A stretch of 64,000 nt of DNA from an uncultured delta proteobacterium (lineage in GTDB: Bacteria > Desulfobacterota > Syntrophia > Syntrophales > Smithellaceae), in contig CAWETF010000003.1 of assembly GCA_963812045.1 (NCBI GenBank), positions 40,209 through 104,208 on the forward strand, read 5' to 3'. Below the pieces are notes generated by a model. The model was not told the origin of the DNA. It did no database searches and saw only the letters and a list, made by a program, of their open reading frames with translations. Below are positions 1 to 11,530 of the stretch, piece by piece. Positions within the stretch are counted from its first letter, which is position 1. Each line of letters starts with the position of its first letter. The translations under genes were made by a program, and so were the position numbers.

Positions 1-54
1 TGCCGAAACCGCGAGGATGGTTAAAATCAGAAATGTAATGAATATTTTTCTCAT
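1..54 (-). CDS. 5' end of a gene running off the left edge; the N-terminus looks like a signal peptide (MRKIFITFLILTILAVSA...)
   Basis: Reverse complement of 1-54 starts with ATG and encodes a K/R-then-hydrophobic leader. Only 18 codons are visible. Confidence 0.3.
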   Translation of the reverse strand, partial: MRKIFITFLILTILAVSA

Positions 55-184
55 CGTCTGCTCCCCTTTTTTTGTTTCATATTAACGCCAATCGATCCGG
101 AAATGCAATTATAATTTGCAATTGACATGCATCTTTAAATTTGTGATAGAAATACAAAATAATATTTTCGAGAAAAGAAAGAAT

Positions 185-775
185 ATGCCCATTGTTTCCA
201 AAGATTTATTTATTCTGGCATCAGAATCTCCCCGACGGCGGGAAATTCTGAAATCCGTCGGTTTGAAATTCAAAATAATTCCGGCCCACGTCAACGAAAA
301 TTACCTTGCTGGAGAAAGTCCACAAGAGCATGTTACAAGACTCTCGCGTAAAAAGGCAATGGTTATTGCCAAAAAATTCCCCAAAGCCTGGGTGCTGGGC
401 GCCGATACAATTGTCGTTATTGACGGAATAATTCTGGGCAAACCGAAAAACAAGACTCAGGCGAAAAATATGCTGCAAAAGCTAAGCGGACGCGAGCATA
501 AAGTGTTTACCGGTTTTACAATTGTTAACACAGCAAACAAAGATTACTCAACAAAAGTTGTTCAATCAGCCGTACGTTTCAAAACGATCAGTCCTGAAGA
601 ACTGGAATGGTATATCGCCTGTGATGAACCCTACGACAAGGCCGGCGGATATGCTATACAGGGAAAAGGCGCTTATTTCATTCAATCAATTCGCGGATCT
701 TATACAAACGTCATCGGACTTCCACTTTGCGAAGTTTTGGAAACACTAAAAAAATTTGAAGCTATCAAATTTTGA
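185..775 (+). CDS. maf: Maf-like nucleoside triphosphate pyrophosphatase (septum formation protein Maf family)
   Basis: ORF 116-775. The internal ATG at 185 gives the typical Maf N-terminus ...LILASESPRRREIL, and GGYAIQG lies near the C-terminus. Confidence 0.85.
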   Translation: MPIVSKDLFILASESPRRREILKSVGLKFKIIPAHVNENYLAGESPQEHVTRLSRKKAMVIAKKFPKAWVLGADTIVVIDGIILGKPKNKTQAKNMLQKLSGREHKVFTGFTIVNTANKDYSTKVVQSAVRFKTISPEELEWYIACDEPYDKAGGYAIQGKGAYFIQSIRGSYTNVIGLPLCEVLETLKKFEAIKF

Positions 776-797
776 GCTATCCGGTGGAATAAATTTT

Positions 798-1490
798 ATG
801 GAAACAAGTATTGCAGCCAATATAAGCACGATCAAACAAAGAATAGCCGCCGCTGCCGCAAGAAGCAATCGCGATCCTGCTTCCGTTAGACTTTTAGCGG
901 TAACAAAAACAGTCCCGCCCCATATCATCGAACAGGCGGTCAACGCGGGATTAACAGCTTTTGGAGAGAATTATGTTCAGGAAGCCAGAGAGAAAATTGC
1001 TGTTATAGGACAACGCGTGCAATGGCATATGATCGGACATCTTCAAACCAATAAGGCAAAATATGTCGTAAATCTCTTCGATTATATCCATTCCGTCGAC
1101 CGCCTGGAACTTGCCGAGGAAATAAATAAAAGAGCCCCTTTGACAGGACGCAAGATAAATATTCTGATTGAAATCAATATAAGCGGTGAAAAAACAAAAA
1201 GCGGCATAACGGCAATCCAATCCATCGATTTGATTAAAGAGGTCTCCGGACTGGAAAATATTTCAGTAAAAGGATTGATGACGATGGCGCCTTACTCCGA
1301 TCATCCCGAAAATTCCCGTCCGTATTTTTCCGAATTAAAAAATCTTCGTGACAAAATCACAAGCGAAGGAATTACCGGAATTCAAATGGAAGAACTTTCC
1401 ATGGGTATGACCGATGATTTTGAAATCGCCATTGAAGAAGGAGCAACCATCGTACGCATAGGCAGAGCAATTTTTGGAGAGAGAAAATAA
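798..1490 (+). CDS. yggS: YggS-family pyridoxal-phosphate-binding protein (PLP homeostasis protein)
   Basis: LLAVTKT (PLP lysine context), [10 protein letters not shown] and [21 protein letters not shown] are hallmark YggS/alanine-racemase-N-fold motifs. The start was moved to METSIAANI. Confidence 0.85.
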   Translation: METSIAANISTIKQRIAAAAARSNRDPASVRLLAVTKTVPPHIIEQAVNAGLTAFGENYVQEAREKIAVIGQRVQWHMIGHLQTNKAKYVVNLFDYIHSVDRLELAEEINKRAPLTGRKINILIEINISGEKTKSGITAIQSIDLIKEVSGLENISVKGLMTMAPYSDHPENSRPYFSELKNLRDKITSEGITGIQMEELSMGMTDDFEIAIEEGATIVRIGRAIFGERK

Positions 1491-1536
1491 TAAAAAGCGT
1501 TAAATAGGGGAAGAAAATGATCGTTGTTTTTTATTT

Positions 1537-2691
1537 TCAATTAATACTATTGGGAGTAGTTCTATTATAAATTCTTAAGCAGGCGTCCACAACTGAAGGG
1601 TCATAGGCTACTCCTCTGAACTTTGTTATCTCTTCAATCGCCGCGTCAACTCCCAGCGCCGGCCGGTAAGGCCGATAGGAAGCCATGGCATCAATCACAT
1701 CCGCAACCCCGATAATGCGGGCCTCCAGTGCAATACTGTCTCCCTTTAACCCTCTGGGATAACCTGAACCGTCCATCCGTTCATGATGCTGATAAATAAT
1801 CTCCGCTACTGGATAAGGAAACTCAATATTGACAAGAATATCATTAGCAACTTTACAATGCGTCTTGATGATTTCCCTTTCCAGATTACTTAAAACGCTG
1901 GGTTTGGTCAGTATTTCCGAAGGAACGGATATTTTCCCGATGTCATGAAGCGTGGCGGAAATATAAATGGACGAGATTTGCTCTTCGGTTAATTTCATTT
2001 CTTTGGCAATCCGGCAGGCAATTTTGGCGACCTGATCTTCATGTCCAGACGTGTAAGGATCTCTCGTCTCTACAATCTTAGACAACGTCTTGACGATGCC
2101 ATCCAGAATCAGTTGTGACTTTCGATAACTGTCCTTGAGTTTTTCAGTTTGAGCTAAAAGATCGTTTGTTCTGTCAGTAGCTTTTTTCTCAAGCGTTTTA
2201 TTTAATCTCACCAACTCTTTATTTTTGACCTTGATGAGTTCAATCAGACGCTTATTTTCAGCCAGTATTTCTACTTTGGAAAGCGATTGCTTGATATGCA
2301 GCAGAATTTCTTCTTCATGCCATGGTTTTGTAAAATAAAGATGAACCCCGCCCTTATTAATGGCATCAATGATAGCGTCGGAATCCGCATATCCCGTCAA
2401 AAGGATACGGACGGCATCAGGAAAAATATCCTTGGCTTGAGCAAAAAATTGAACACCGCTCATCTCCGGCATTCTTTGATCGGAAACAATCAGGGAATAA
2501 GGCTTTTGAGACGCACGCAGTATATTCAGACCTTCCATACCGTTGTTCACAGCATGAACTTCATAATCATCATCGGCCAAAATGCGTTTAAAAGCATTGA
2601 GGATTGAATCCTCATCATCTACAATTAATATAGAATGTTTATATTTTGAATATTTAGACAGCCCGGTATCCTCTGCGGAACGCATCAACAT
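1537..2691 (-). CDS. Response regulator with receiver domain, coiled-coil linker and HD-GYP domain (putative c-di-GMP phosphodiesterase)
   Basis: N-terminal ILIVDDE...[10 protein letters not shown]...KP receiver motifs. C-terminal HDIGK and [11 protein letters not shown] form the HD-GYP signature. Confidence 0.85.
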   Translation of the reverse strand: MLMRSAEDTGLSKYSKYKHSILIVDDEDSILNAFKRILADDDYEVHAVNNGMEGLNILRASQKPYSLIVSDQRMPEMSGVQFFAQAKDIFPDAVRILLTGYADSDAIIDAINKGGVHLYFTKPWHEEEILLHIKQSLSKVEILAENKRLIELIKVKNKELVRLNKTLEKKATDRTNDLLAQTEKLKDSYRKSQLILDGIVKTLSKIVETRDPYTSGHEDQVAKIACRIAKEMKLTEEQISSIYISATLHDIGKISVPSEILTKPSVLSNLEREIIKTHCKVANDILVNIEFPYPVAEIIYQHHERMDGSGYPRGLKGDSIALEARIIGVADVIDAMASYRPYRPALGVDAAIEEITKFRGVAYDPSVVDACLRIYNRTTPNSIN

Positions 2692-2873
2692 GTATTGACT
2701 TCCGATAATTTAAAAGTGTTAAATTATAAAACTATTTTTATATATATGTCAAGATATCATTTATGACACAATGATTAACAGAATAATAATTATTCAAATA
2801 CACCTTAAGTATCTATGCAATTGCATTCAAAAAAGTATTTTGGATACGGTTAGGATATTGGGAGAAAATTTTC

Positions 2874-5687
2874 TCAGGGGAAAATAATTTTCTGTAAAAA
2901 TTGACCTGTTGAAGATTGTTCTTCCTGAGCCACTTTTTCCACCGTACCGGAAACAATAATTCTGCCGCCCCCGGCGCCTCCCTCCGGTCCAAGATCAATA
3001 ACATAATCGGCGCACTTTATTATATCCAGATTATGCTCAATGACGACCATGGTATTGCCCATATCCACGAGACGCATCAAAACATCCAGTAATTTTTGAA
3101 TATCCGCGAAATGCAATCCAATCGTGGGCTCATCCAGAATATAAAGGGTATTGCTGTTTGTTTTCTTGCCCAATTCCCGCGCCAGTTTTATCCTTTGCGC
3201 TTCGCCGCCGGAGAGAGTGGTTGCCGACTGCCCCAGATGAATATAACCCAACCCGACATCACTGAGCAATTGCAGATGCGATCTGATTGAAGGAATATTG
3301 GAAAAAAACTCCAGAGCCTGAGCAACTGTCATGTCTAGAATATCGGCAATATTCTTATCTTTATATTTGATATCCAGCGTATCGGTGTTGAATCGTTTAC
3401 CGTGGCAGACATCGCAGGTCACATAAACATCGGGCAGAAAGTGCATTTCAATCTTTATCAGACCGTTGCCTTCGCAGGCCTCGCAGCGTCCGCCTTTTAC
3501 ATTAAAGCTGAACCTCCCCGGTTTATATCCGCGCATTCTTGATTCGGGAAGATTGGTAAATAAATCGCGGATAAAAGAAAATATTCCCGTATAAGTTACT
3601 GGATTTGATCGCGGCGTGCGGCCGATGGGATGCTGATTAATCATGATGACACGTTCAATATCCCCCAAATCCACGACTTTTTTAATTCTTCCCATTGACC
3701 CATTATACTGATTCAAGCGGCGCGCCATCACCTTATAAAGCGTTTCAATCACCATGGTGCTTTTACCGGATCCCGACACGCCGGTTACCGTCGTAAACAC
3801 TCCCACTGGTATTTTAATATCAATATTTTTAAGGTTGTTTTCACTGGCGCCTTCCAGAAGAATATGTCTGCCGGTAATCGGCCTTCTTTTTAAAGGTAAC
3901 GCTATGGATTCTTTTCCTGATAAATACCTTCCCGTAAGCGAATTATCGCTTTGCAGAATTTCTTCAGGAGTTCCCTGAAAAACTATTTCTCCACCCTGCG
4001 TTCCGGCGCCAGGACCTATATCCACGATATGATCACAGGCCATGATCATATCGGCGTCATGTTCCACAACCAGCACGGTATTGCCCATATCGCGCAGTTT
4101 CTTCAAAGTATCAATCAGACGCAGATTATCTTTTTGATGCAGTCCGACGGTAGGCTCATCCAGCACATACAGAACCCCCATTAATCCGGAACCGATCTGC
4201 GTGGCCAGCCGGATGCGCTGACTTTCGCCTCCCGATAAAGATGATGTGGATCGTTCCAGCGTAAGATAATCCATGCCGACATTCAGCAGAAATTGAAGCC
4301 TGTTTTTTATTTCCCTGATAATTCTTTCCGTAATATTTTTTTCCTGCTCTGATAGTTCCAGTTGTTCGAAAAAATTAAAACAGACGCGAATGGACATTTG
4401 GCAGAGCTCATAAATATTTTTGCCCATAACTGTAACGGCAAGCGTTTCTTTCTTCAAACGCGCTCCACGACACGTATCGCAGGCGCTTAAATCAATATAA
4501 CGCATCAGGTCATTACGGACAGCCACGGACGTTGTTTCTTTCCAACGGCGCTCCAGTTGCTTGATCACCCCTTCAAACGGACGGTGGGTAAAATATCTTT
4601 TATTGGAACGATCATGATAGAATTTAATATTTTCATTAACCGATCCGTAGAGAAGAACTTTCTGGATTCTCTCCGGCAATTTATTAAACGGCGTATTAAC
4701 ATCAAAACCGTAATGGGTGCTCAGCGCATCCAGAATGCTGTAATAATAAAGAGAGTTCCGGCCGGCCCACGGCGCGATAGCGCCTTCCCTCAAAGACAAT
4801 CCGGCATCCGGCACAACCAGATATTCCGTAAAGCGCATGCAGGAGCCCAGACCGTTACAATCAGGACAAGCGCCATAAGGGCTGTTGAACGAAAACATAC
4901 GGGGAGTAAGCGCCGGAAGACTTATTCCACAATCAGGACAGGCATACTTTTCGCTGAAAAGCATTTCTTCGCCATTGACAAGAGCTATTCGCACAAGTCC
5001 GTCCGCACGGCTGGTCGCAATTTCCAGAGAATCACGCAGTCTCTTTCTCACGCCCTCTTTTAACACCAGACGGTCAACAACAAGATCGATATCATGACGC
5101 TTATTCTTTTCCAGAATAATTTCTTCCGCAAGATCTCTGATCTCTCCGTCAATCCGGACGCGCGCGAACCCTTCTTTTTGAAGTTTTTTAAATTCTTTCT
5201 GGAATTCCCCTTTTTTCCCGCGGACAAGCGGCGCCAGAATACTAAAGGATGTATTGGCCGGAAGCGAAAGAACGGCATCAAGAATACTGTCAATTGTTTG
5301 CGATTTAATTTCCCGTCCGCAGCGGTAACAATGACAAACACCCACAGCGGCGTAGAGCAGACGGAAGTAGTCGTAAATTTCGGTGACCGTGCCTACCGTG
5401 GAACGCGGATTATGGCTGGCCGTGCGCTGTTCTATGGCTATCGCCGGCGATAAGCCTTCAATGGATTCCACATTCGGTTTATCCATTTGTCCGATAAACT
5501 GACGCGCGTAAGTGGAAAGGGATTCCACATATCGCCGCTGACCTTCAGCGTATATCGTATCAAAAGCAAGCGATGATTTGCCTGAGCCGCTCACACCGGT
5601 AATAATGACGAATTTATCCCGGGGTATGTCCAGATTGATATTTTTTAAATTATGTTGTGAGGCGCCCCTGATTTTTATCGCATCCAT
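2874..5687 (-). CDS. uvrA: Excinuclease ABC subunit A
   Basis: 937 aa with two ABC ATPase modules ([12 protein letters not shown] / [17 protein letters not shown] / LSGGEAQR) and zinc-finger Cys clusters. It aligns end to end with the UvrA architecture. Confidence 0.97.
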   Translation of the reverse strand: MDAIKIRGASQHNLKNINLDIPRDKFVIITGVSGSGKSSLAFDTIYAEGQRRYVESLSTYARQFIGQMDKPNVESIEGLSPAIAIEQRTASHNPRSTVGTVTEIYDYFRLLYAAVGVCHCYRCGREIKSQTIDSILDAVLSLPANTSFSILAPLVRGKKGEFQKEFKKLQKEGFARVRIDGEIRDLAEEIILEKNKRHDIDLVVDRLVLKEGVRKRLRDSLEIATSRADGLVRIALVNGEEMLFSEKYACPDCGISLPALTPRMFSFNSPYGACPDCNGLGSCMRFTEYLVVPDAGLSLREGAIAPWAGRNSLYYYSILDALSTHYGFDVNTPFNKLPERIQKVLLYGSVNENIKFYHDRSNKRYFTHRPFEGVIKQLERRWKETTSVAVRNDLMRYIDLSACDTCRGARLKKETLAVTVMGKNIYELCQMSIRVCFNFFEQLELSEQEKNITERIIREIKNRLQFLLNVGMDYLTLERSTSSLSGGESQRIRLATQIGSGLMGVLYVLDEPTVGLHQKDNLRLIDTLKKLRDMGNTVLVVEHDADMIMACDHIVDIGPGAGTQGGEIVFQGTPEEILQSDNSLTGRYLSGKESIALPLKRRPITGRHILLEGASENNLKNIDIKIPVGVFTTVTGVSGSGKSTMVIETLYKVMARRLNQYNGSMGRIKKVVDLGDIERVIMINQHPIGRTPRSNPVTYTGIFSFIRDLFTNLPESRMRGYKPGRFSFNVKGGRCEACEGNGLIKIEMHFLPDVYVTCDVCHGKRFNTDTLDIKYKDKNIADILDMTVAQALEFFSNIPSIRSHLQLLSDVGLGYIHLGQSATTLSGGEAQRIKLARELGKKTNSNTLYILDEPTIGLHFADIQKLLDVLMRLVDMGNTMVVIEHNLDIIKCADYVIDLGPEGGAGGGRIIVSGTVEKVAQEEQSSTGQFLQKIIFP

Positions 5688-5707
5688 ATTTTTCTTTTAT
5701 CAATCTT

Positions 5708-6682
5708 TTACAGCTTTGTTTCGATATGCGACCTTGCGCGAACCGAGGAGATCCATTCATCAAATTTTTTATCCAGTTTCTCATCCTCAATTTTTGCCTT
5801 TATTTCTTCCCGCACCATCGCAATCGGTTTCAAACCGGCACCTTTTTTATCCACGACTTTAATGATATGAAATCCTATACTGGATTCAATTACCTCACTC
5901 ACCTTCTCTACCGGAAGACTGAATGCCGCCGCCTCGACTTCCGGAATAATAGTTCCTCTTTCGATATAACCAATATCGCCTCCCTGCGCCGCCGCAGGTC
6001 CCTGAGAATATTTTGCAACCAGCAAATCAAAAGATTCTCCGCTCATAATAAGTCCGCGCAGGCGTTCAGCTTCATTTTTCATTTTCATTTTCACAGTTTT
6101 GTCCGCGTTAGGTGGAAGCTGCAACAAAAGCTGTTTCATTCTTACGCTTTCTTTACCTTCATATTCCTGACGGTGCTTATTGTAATATTCGCCTATTTCT
6201 TCATCACCCACAATTATTTTATCTTTGACTTCGCGTCGTAACAGCCGCATACGAATCAATTGCGACCTTATCTCTTTTTTAACAGATTCAATGGAGGCGC
6301 CTTCCTTCTCAAGATTTTTCAAAAAATCCTGCATATTCAATTTCTGTTTGGTAACTACGTCCTGAAGCACTGCATCCACATCTGCATCCTTAACGCTGGC
6401 GCTAATACCGGTTTTTTTTGCTTCCTGCTCAATGAGCATATTATCAACCATTCTCTGAAAGAACGCATCTCTCGTTTGTTTGATGACCGCCTCTTTATCA
6501 TTCCCTTTATAGGTATTTTCAATATTTTTGAGATAAGGTTCGAATGCCGAATTAAATTCGTAAAGCGTTATGATTTCATCATTCACCACGGCAACAATTC
6601 TATCTACAACTTCGGCGTAAGCCGGCACGTTCAAAAGCATTATACTCCATAGAATTAAAATACATTTTTGGTAAAACTTCAC
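5708..6682 (-). CDS. Periplasmic SurA-like chaperone / parvulin-type peptidyl-prolyl isomerase
   Basis: Signal peptide (…LLNVPAYA), a SurA-N-like helical region, then a parvulin core (GGDIGYI...GFHIIKV). Confidence 0.75.
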   Translation of the reverse strand: MKFYQKCILILWSIMLLNVPAYAEVVDRIVAVVNDEIITLYEFNSAFEPYLKNIENTYKGNDKEAVIKQTRDAFFQRMVDNMLIEQEAKKTGISASVKDADVDAVLQDVVTKQKLNMQDFLKNLEKEGASIESVKKEIRSQLIRMRLLRREVKDKIIVGDEEIGEYYNKHRQEYEGKESVRMKQLLLQLPPNADKTVKMKMKNEAERLRGLIMSGESFDLLVAKYSQGPAAAQGGDIGYIERGTIIPEVEAAAFSLPVEKVSEVIESSIGFHIIKVVDKKGAGLKPIAMVREEIKAKIEDEKLDKKFDEWISSVRARSHIETKL

Positions 6683-6705
6683 AGCGATTCCTCCCCAATT
6701 TGATT

Positions 6706-7713
6706 TTACTTACTTAATCCCTTTGTCTTGATATTTGTTTTTCTTTTAATGACCGCCTTCTTCTTCAATGCTTCCAGCCAGGCGGTGAAAGCAGCATCCT
6801 CTTTCTGCATCCGGATATCAGCAATCACATCTTCCCGGACATCCGCAAAATTTCCGGCTTTTGCGGGCTGGCTCTCCAGAATTTTAAATATATGAAATCC
6901 GTAAGAACTTTGCACAATAGAACTCATCGTGTTAACGGGCATTTTGAAAATAGTCTTATCCAGCGGTTCCGGCATTACCCATCTTGTAATAAACCCCAGA
7001 TCTCCGCCATTTTGAGCTTCCGGACCGATAGACATGGCGGCGGCCACTTTGGCAAAATCTTCTCCGGCCTTTAATTTTTCCACCGCTTTTTGAGCTGTTG
7101 CCCTATCCCGGACAACGATTTGCGCGATTCTTACACGGGATTCCTTTTTATAATTATCGCGATGTTTATTAAAATAATTTTCGGCTTCGTCATCCGATAT
7201 TTTTATTTTGGAATTGACGTCGACGTCGACGAGCTTTTGCAAAAGCATTTCTTTTCTAAAGTCTTCTTTCCATTTTTCATAATTTACATTTTCCCGCGCA
7301 AACAGACTGGTAAAATCCTGTCCGTAATCGTTTTTTATTTCTTTAATTTTATTATCCAATTCAACATCACTTACGGATATATTAAGTTCCTGCGCCCTTA
7401 AGAGCATTATTTTTTCCGTAATCATACCGTCCAGGACTTCTTCTTCGAATCGTTTCTGATAATCAGGTTGATCCAGAAAGTCTTTGGACACCATGTACAT
7501 TTTCTGATCTAAAAGGGACTGATAATCATCGAGATAAATTTTTGAGCCGTTCACAGTGGCAACGTAAGGACGGGAAAACATGTCCATCTTTTCGCAGGCG
7601 ATAATAAGACTCAACACCAGCGCAAATAAAACAGCATACCATTGAAAGGCAATGCTTTGGGGAACCATTCGGACAAAAGAAAAAATTCCGGAATGAAATT
7701 TTGTTTTAATCAT
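6706..7713 (-). CDS. Membrane-anchored parvulin-type peptidyl-prolyl isomerase (PpiD/SurA-like)
   Basis: N-terminal TM anchor, a SurA-N-like region, and the parvulin core GGDLGFI...YGFHIFKI. Confidence 0.65.
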   Translation of the reverse strand: MIKTKFHSGIFSFVRMVPQSIAFQWYAVLFALVLSLIIACEKMDMFSRPYVATVNGSKIYLDDYQSLLDQKMYMVSKDFLDQPDYQKRFEEEVLDGMITEKIMLLRAQELNISVSDVELDNKIKEIKNDYGQDFTSLFARENVNYEKWKEDFRKEMLLQKLVDVDVNSKIKISDDEAENYFNKHRDNYKKESRVRIAQIVVRDRATAQKAVEKLKAGEDFAKVAAAMSIGPEAQNGGDLGFITRWVMPEPLDKTIFKMPVNTMSSIVQSSYGFHIFKILESQPAKAGNFADVREDVIADIRMQKEDAAFTAWLEALKKKAVIKRKTNIKTKGLSK

Positions 7714-7739
7714 AACGTTTTATTATATCCTGCTTATAT

Positions 7740-10700
7740 CTAATGGGCAAGCATCTTTAATAATGCATCAGCCTGCGTCAAAATCTCCTTTTCGGACCCG
7801 CCCTGAATGGGCACAAACAATTTGTAATCCGGTGTAAAACGCAACCCTTTAATTTTCTTATGATAAAGAGTAATAATTTTCGCAGGGTCAACCGGAGATG
7901 AAGCCCTAAAGAAAATATACAAATGTTTGCCGTCATAGCCCATTTTTTTACCCTTCAGGGGCTTAAGGCAATTTCTTATGGTGATTACCTGCAACAAATT
8001 ATCCACTGATCGGGGCAAATCTCCGTAACAATCCTGTAACTCACTTTTAATCTGATTAATTTCTTCATCATTGACGGCCAGAGATATTCTTTTATATAAA
8101 ACCAGCCGCTGATGAACATCCTGCACATACTCTTCCGGGATAAAAGCGGAAATTCCCATCTGAATTTCCGGCAATGAATCTTCTTCAACAATTTCTTCTC
8201 CTTTAATTTCCCGAACCGTCCGCTCCATTAATTCAGTATAGAGTTCATAACCAACAGCGGAAATATGACCTGATTGCGAAATGCCCAGCAGATTCCCGCC
8301 TCCGCGGATTTCCAGATCATTATAAGCTATTCTGAATCCGGATCCGGGCTCGGAAAATTCTTTAATCACCTGCAATCTCTTCATGGCTTCGCGCGAAAGC
8401 ATTGCTCCCCGTGGCAGCAGGAGGTAAGCAAACGCTTCCTGATTGGAACGGCCCACGCGGCCGCGTATCTGATAGAGTTGCGCCAATCCGAACTTTTCGG
8501 CGCGATTGATAATGATTGTATTGGCAGTGGGTATATCCAAACCGGACCCGATAATAGTGGTGCAAACCAGCACTTCACATTCGTGCCGGATAAATCCTGT
8601 CATGGCTTTTTCAATTTCCGCCGGTTTCATTTGACCGTGAACGACCGATACCCTTGCCTGCGGCACCAGACGCTGCACCAGACGAGCAATAGAATAAATT
8701 GAACGCACCCTGTCATGAACAAAGAATATCTGTCCCTGACGCGCCAGTTCTTTCTCTATAGCGGATTTAATCGCGTCTTCATCAAATTCCAAAACATACG
8801 TTTTTATGGACACGCGATCTTCCGGCGGCGTATTAATAATAGACAAATCCCTGATGCCGACCAGCGACAAATGAAGCGTTCGCGGGATAGGAGTTGCCGA
8901 GAGAGTGAGCACATCAACGAGTGTGCGCATCTTTTTTAATTTTTCTTTGTGCGCCACGCCGAAGCGCTGTTCTTCATCAATGATCACCAGTCCCAAATCT
9001 TTAAATTCAACGTCCTTTTGCAACAGGCGATGTGTCCCCACGACAATATCTACCTTTTGGTTTTTCATCTCTTCAATAATTTTCTTTTGTTCTGCAGTAC
9101 TCTTGAAACGATTTAACACTTCCACGCGAACCGGGAAATCCCGGAAACGTCGGGAAAAAGTCTGATAATGCTGTTCCGCCAGAATAGTTGTGGGCACTAA
9201 AACGGCAACCTGCTTGCCGTCCATCACAGCCCGGAAAGCCGACCTGATTGCAACTTCCGTTTTACCGAAACCGGCGTCGCCGCAAATCAGCCTGTCCATC
9301 GGCTTGGAATCATCCATGTCCATATGGATATCTTCAATCGCCTTATTCTGATCCGGTGTTTCTTCAAATTCAAAAGTGGAGCAAAATTCCTCGTAAATCC
9401 GGTCGGGCGGTGCGAAAGATTTCCTCTCCAGGGCTTCGCGGGCGGCATAGATCGCAACCAGTTCCTCGGCATATTCCCGCACCGATTTTTTAACCTTTTC
9501 TTTCACCGCTTCCCACGAAGTTCCGCCCATCTTATCCATCTTCGGCACATAACCGTCCGGTCCGAGATAGCGTTGAATTTTCTCCAGTGAATTAACGGGA
9601 ATGTAGAGTTTGTCGCTGTCCAGATACTCGATAATTAAAAAATCGTTCTCAATCTTGCCCACGGTAATTTTTTTCAATCCACGATAAACACCGATGCCGA
9701 AATCAGTATGAACGATAAAATCATTTTCCTTTAAATCACCGAATGATTTAATAAAGTACCCTTCCCGCGCGGGCCTGACGCGGCGGCGGGGAGCTTTTTT
9801 GACAAAAATTTCTTCTTCACTTAAAAAGACCAGCTTCATTGCCGGTATAATAAAGCTGGTGGAAATTTCACCTTCCAGCAAAACAAGCCAAGAACTCCCT
9901 TCGCAGCGGTCAATAAATTCCAGAACAGATTCTTGAGAAAATAAAATCTCCACAGGCAAGTCGTAGGACAAAAGCAGATGCTTCATTCGTTGAACCGCCT
10001 CCGGAGCCGGACAAAATAAAAAAATCAACATGCCTTCGGACAGCCACAATTTAATCTTTTCCGCGGTCCACCTCAAACACGCGTCTTCCTTAATCTCACC
10101 GGCATGCAATTCTCCCGTGCAAAGATATTGATGAGTTTCAAACGCAATGATGATTGCCGCGTTATCTTTTTCCTGATCCAGATTGAGATCTTCCAGAGAA
10201 ATTTGTCCGAACCTGTCGAGACCGGCCATGATACCGGCCGCGTCAACATAAGTATTTTCTTTTTCCAGATAAAATTTGCCGCTGTTTTTAGTTTTAAATA
10301 ACAACTTGTCGATACTGAGTTCGGCATTGATGATTGACTGATTTACAGCCAGCGGATTATCCAGAATCACCAAAGTATTTTTCGAAAGATAATTAAAAAG
10401 ATTTGACAATTTATCACGTGAAAGCCCACCGCTGTTATCGTACGATTCATAAAACAAGGGTAAAAATATCGGATTGATGGAATTGGTCAAACCGTCCTTC
10501 AGAGAACCCACCAGACGGTTACGAATTTCACGGGATAATGAAAGATCATCTGCCCGCCGCCTGATATTGCGGACGGCCAGTTCCAAAGTGGACGGATTGA
10601 TAATGACTTCACTTGCCGGCGGCACAATGAAAACATCCGTCGCGCTTGTTGAGCGCTGCGAGGAGCCGTCAAACATCCGGATGGATTCGATGTCATCACC

Positions 10701-11297
10701 GAACATTTCCAAACGCAGCGGATTTTTTTCCGCCGGAGGAAATATGTCAATAATGCTGCCGCGGATGCTGAATTCCCCTTTTTCCTCTACCAGACTTTCT
10801 CTTTTATAACCGCCGGACAAAAGTCTGGCGCAGAAATCATCCCGGTTGAGCGTGTCGCCCGCGGAAATGATTTGCAGATAGTTATTAAACTCGGAAAGCG
10901 GCGTCACTTTCTGCATCAAAGCGATTACTGAAGTCACCACGACGGTTCTGGTTTTCATCTGTAAATTGGTAAGCACTTCCAGGCGGGTTAATTCTTCCTC
11001 CTTCTGTAGAGCGAACATGTCGATGGTCAAAAAATCGAGTGAAGGATAATGAAAGACGTGCTTCTCTCCCAAAAACAAAGACAAGTTCCGCGCGAAAGCC
11101 GCAGCTTCTTTTTCTTCCGGACAAACGATAAGCAGAGGCCTCTCCAGTCTGGCATAAAGAAGAGCTGTCAAGAATGGACGTGACGCCCCCTTGAGTCCGC
11201 TGACATTAATCCTTGCAGAGCCTTCATTAATTTGCCGTATGAGATTGCAAAGGGGCTCAATATCTTCCGTAATTTTTTTTGAAATAAGTTTTCGCAC
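7740..11297 (-). CDS. mfd: Transcription-repair coupling factor
   Basis: 1185 aa with a UvrB-homology N-terminus, a CarD/TRCF RNAP-interacting domain, superfamily-2 helicase motifs (GDAGFGKTEVA, DEEQRFG, TATPIPRT, QLYQIRGRVGR) and a TRG-type C-terminus. Confidence 0.95.
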   Translation of the reverse strand: MRKLISKKITEDIEPLCNLIRQINEGSARINVSGLKGASRPFLTALLYARLERPLLIVCPEEKEAAAFARNLSLFLGEKHVFHYPSLDFLTIDMFALQKEEELTRLEVLTNLQMKTRTVVVTSVIALMQKVTPLSEFNNYLQIISAGDTLNRDDFCARLLSGGYKRESLVEEKGEFSIRGSIIDIFPPAEKNPLRLEMFGDDIESIRMFDGSSQRSTSATDVFIVPPASEVIINPSTLELAVRNIRRRADDLSLSREIRNRLVGSLKDGLTNSINPIFLPLFYESYDNSGGLSRDKLSNLFNYLSKNTLVILDNPLAVNQSIINAELSIDKLLFKTKNSGKFYLEKENTYVDAAGIMAGLDRFGQISLEDLNLDQEKDNAAIIIAFETHQYLCTGELHAGEIKEDACLRWTAEKIKLWLSEGMLIFLFCPAPEAVQRMKHLLLSYDLPVEILFSQESVLEFIDRCEGSSWLVLLEGEISTSFIIPAMKLVFLSEEEIFVKKAPRRRVRPAREGYFIKSFGDLKENDFIVHTDFGIGVYRGLKKITVGKIENDFLIIEYLDSDKLYIPVNSLEKIQRYLGPDGYVPKMDKMGGTSWEAVKEKVKKSVREYAEELVAIYAAREALERKSFAPPDRIYEEFCSTFEFEETPDQNKAIEDIHMDMDDSKPMDRLICGDAGFGKTEVAIRSAFRAVMDGKQVAVLVPTTILAEQHYQTFSRRFRDFPVRVEVLNRFKSTAEQKKIIEEMKNQKVDIVVGTHRLLQKDVEFKDLGLVIIDEEQRFGVAHKEKLKKMRTLVDVLTLSATPIPRTLHLSLVGIRDLSIINTPPEDRVSIKTYVLEFDEDAIKSAIEKELARQGQIFFVHDRVRSIYSIARLVQRLVPQARVSVVHGQMKPAEIEKAMTGFIRHECEVLVCTTIIGSGLDIPTANTIIINRAEKFGLAQLYQIRGRVGRSNQEAFAYLLLPRGAMLSREAMKRLQVIKEFSEPGSGFRIAYNDLEIRGGGNLLGISQSGHISAVGYELYTELMERTVREIKGEEIVEEDSLPEIQMGISAFIPEEYVQDVHQRLVLYKRISLAVNDEEINQIKSELQDCYGDLPRSVDNLLQVITIRNCLKPLKGKKMGYDGKHLYIFFRASSPVDPAKIITLYHKKIKGLRFTPDYKLFVPIQGGSEKEILTQADALLKMLAH

Positions 11298-11530
11298 GGA
11301 TTACAACCATACTTTAAAATAATATAACACCAAAACCCATTCTGAATGCAAAATGGCTCTTCAATCCAGAATGGGTGATTTCCAGTGTTTTCTAATCTTC
11401 TTTTCCGGAGAATTCAATGAATAATTTCTTCACCGGAATTTGCCATTAGAAATCAACGCAATATCTGTTGACAACAGTCTTGTCTTTGATAAACTGCGCG
11501 CATAACGCATAAACCAAATGGAGACTCGAC

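Noticed and set aside
3096-5453. Several 60-170-aa ORFs on the plus strand inside uvrA, and similar ones inside mfd, tkt, pgi and the surA-like genes
   Set aside because: All lie within strongly supported long genes on the other strand and have biased, low-complexity translations.
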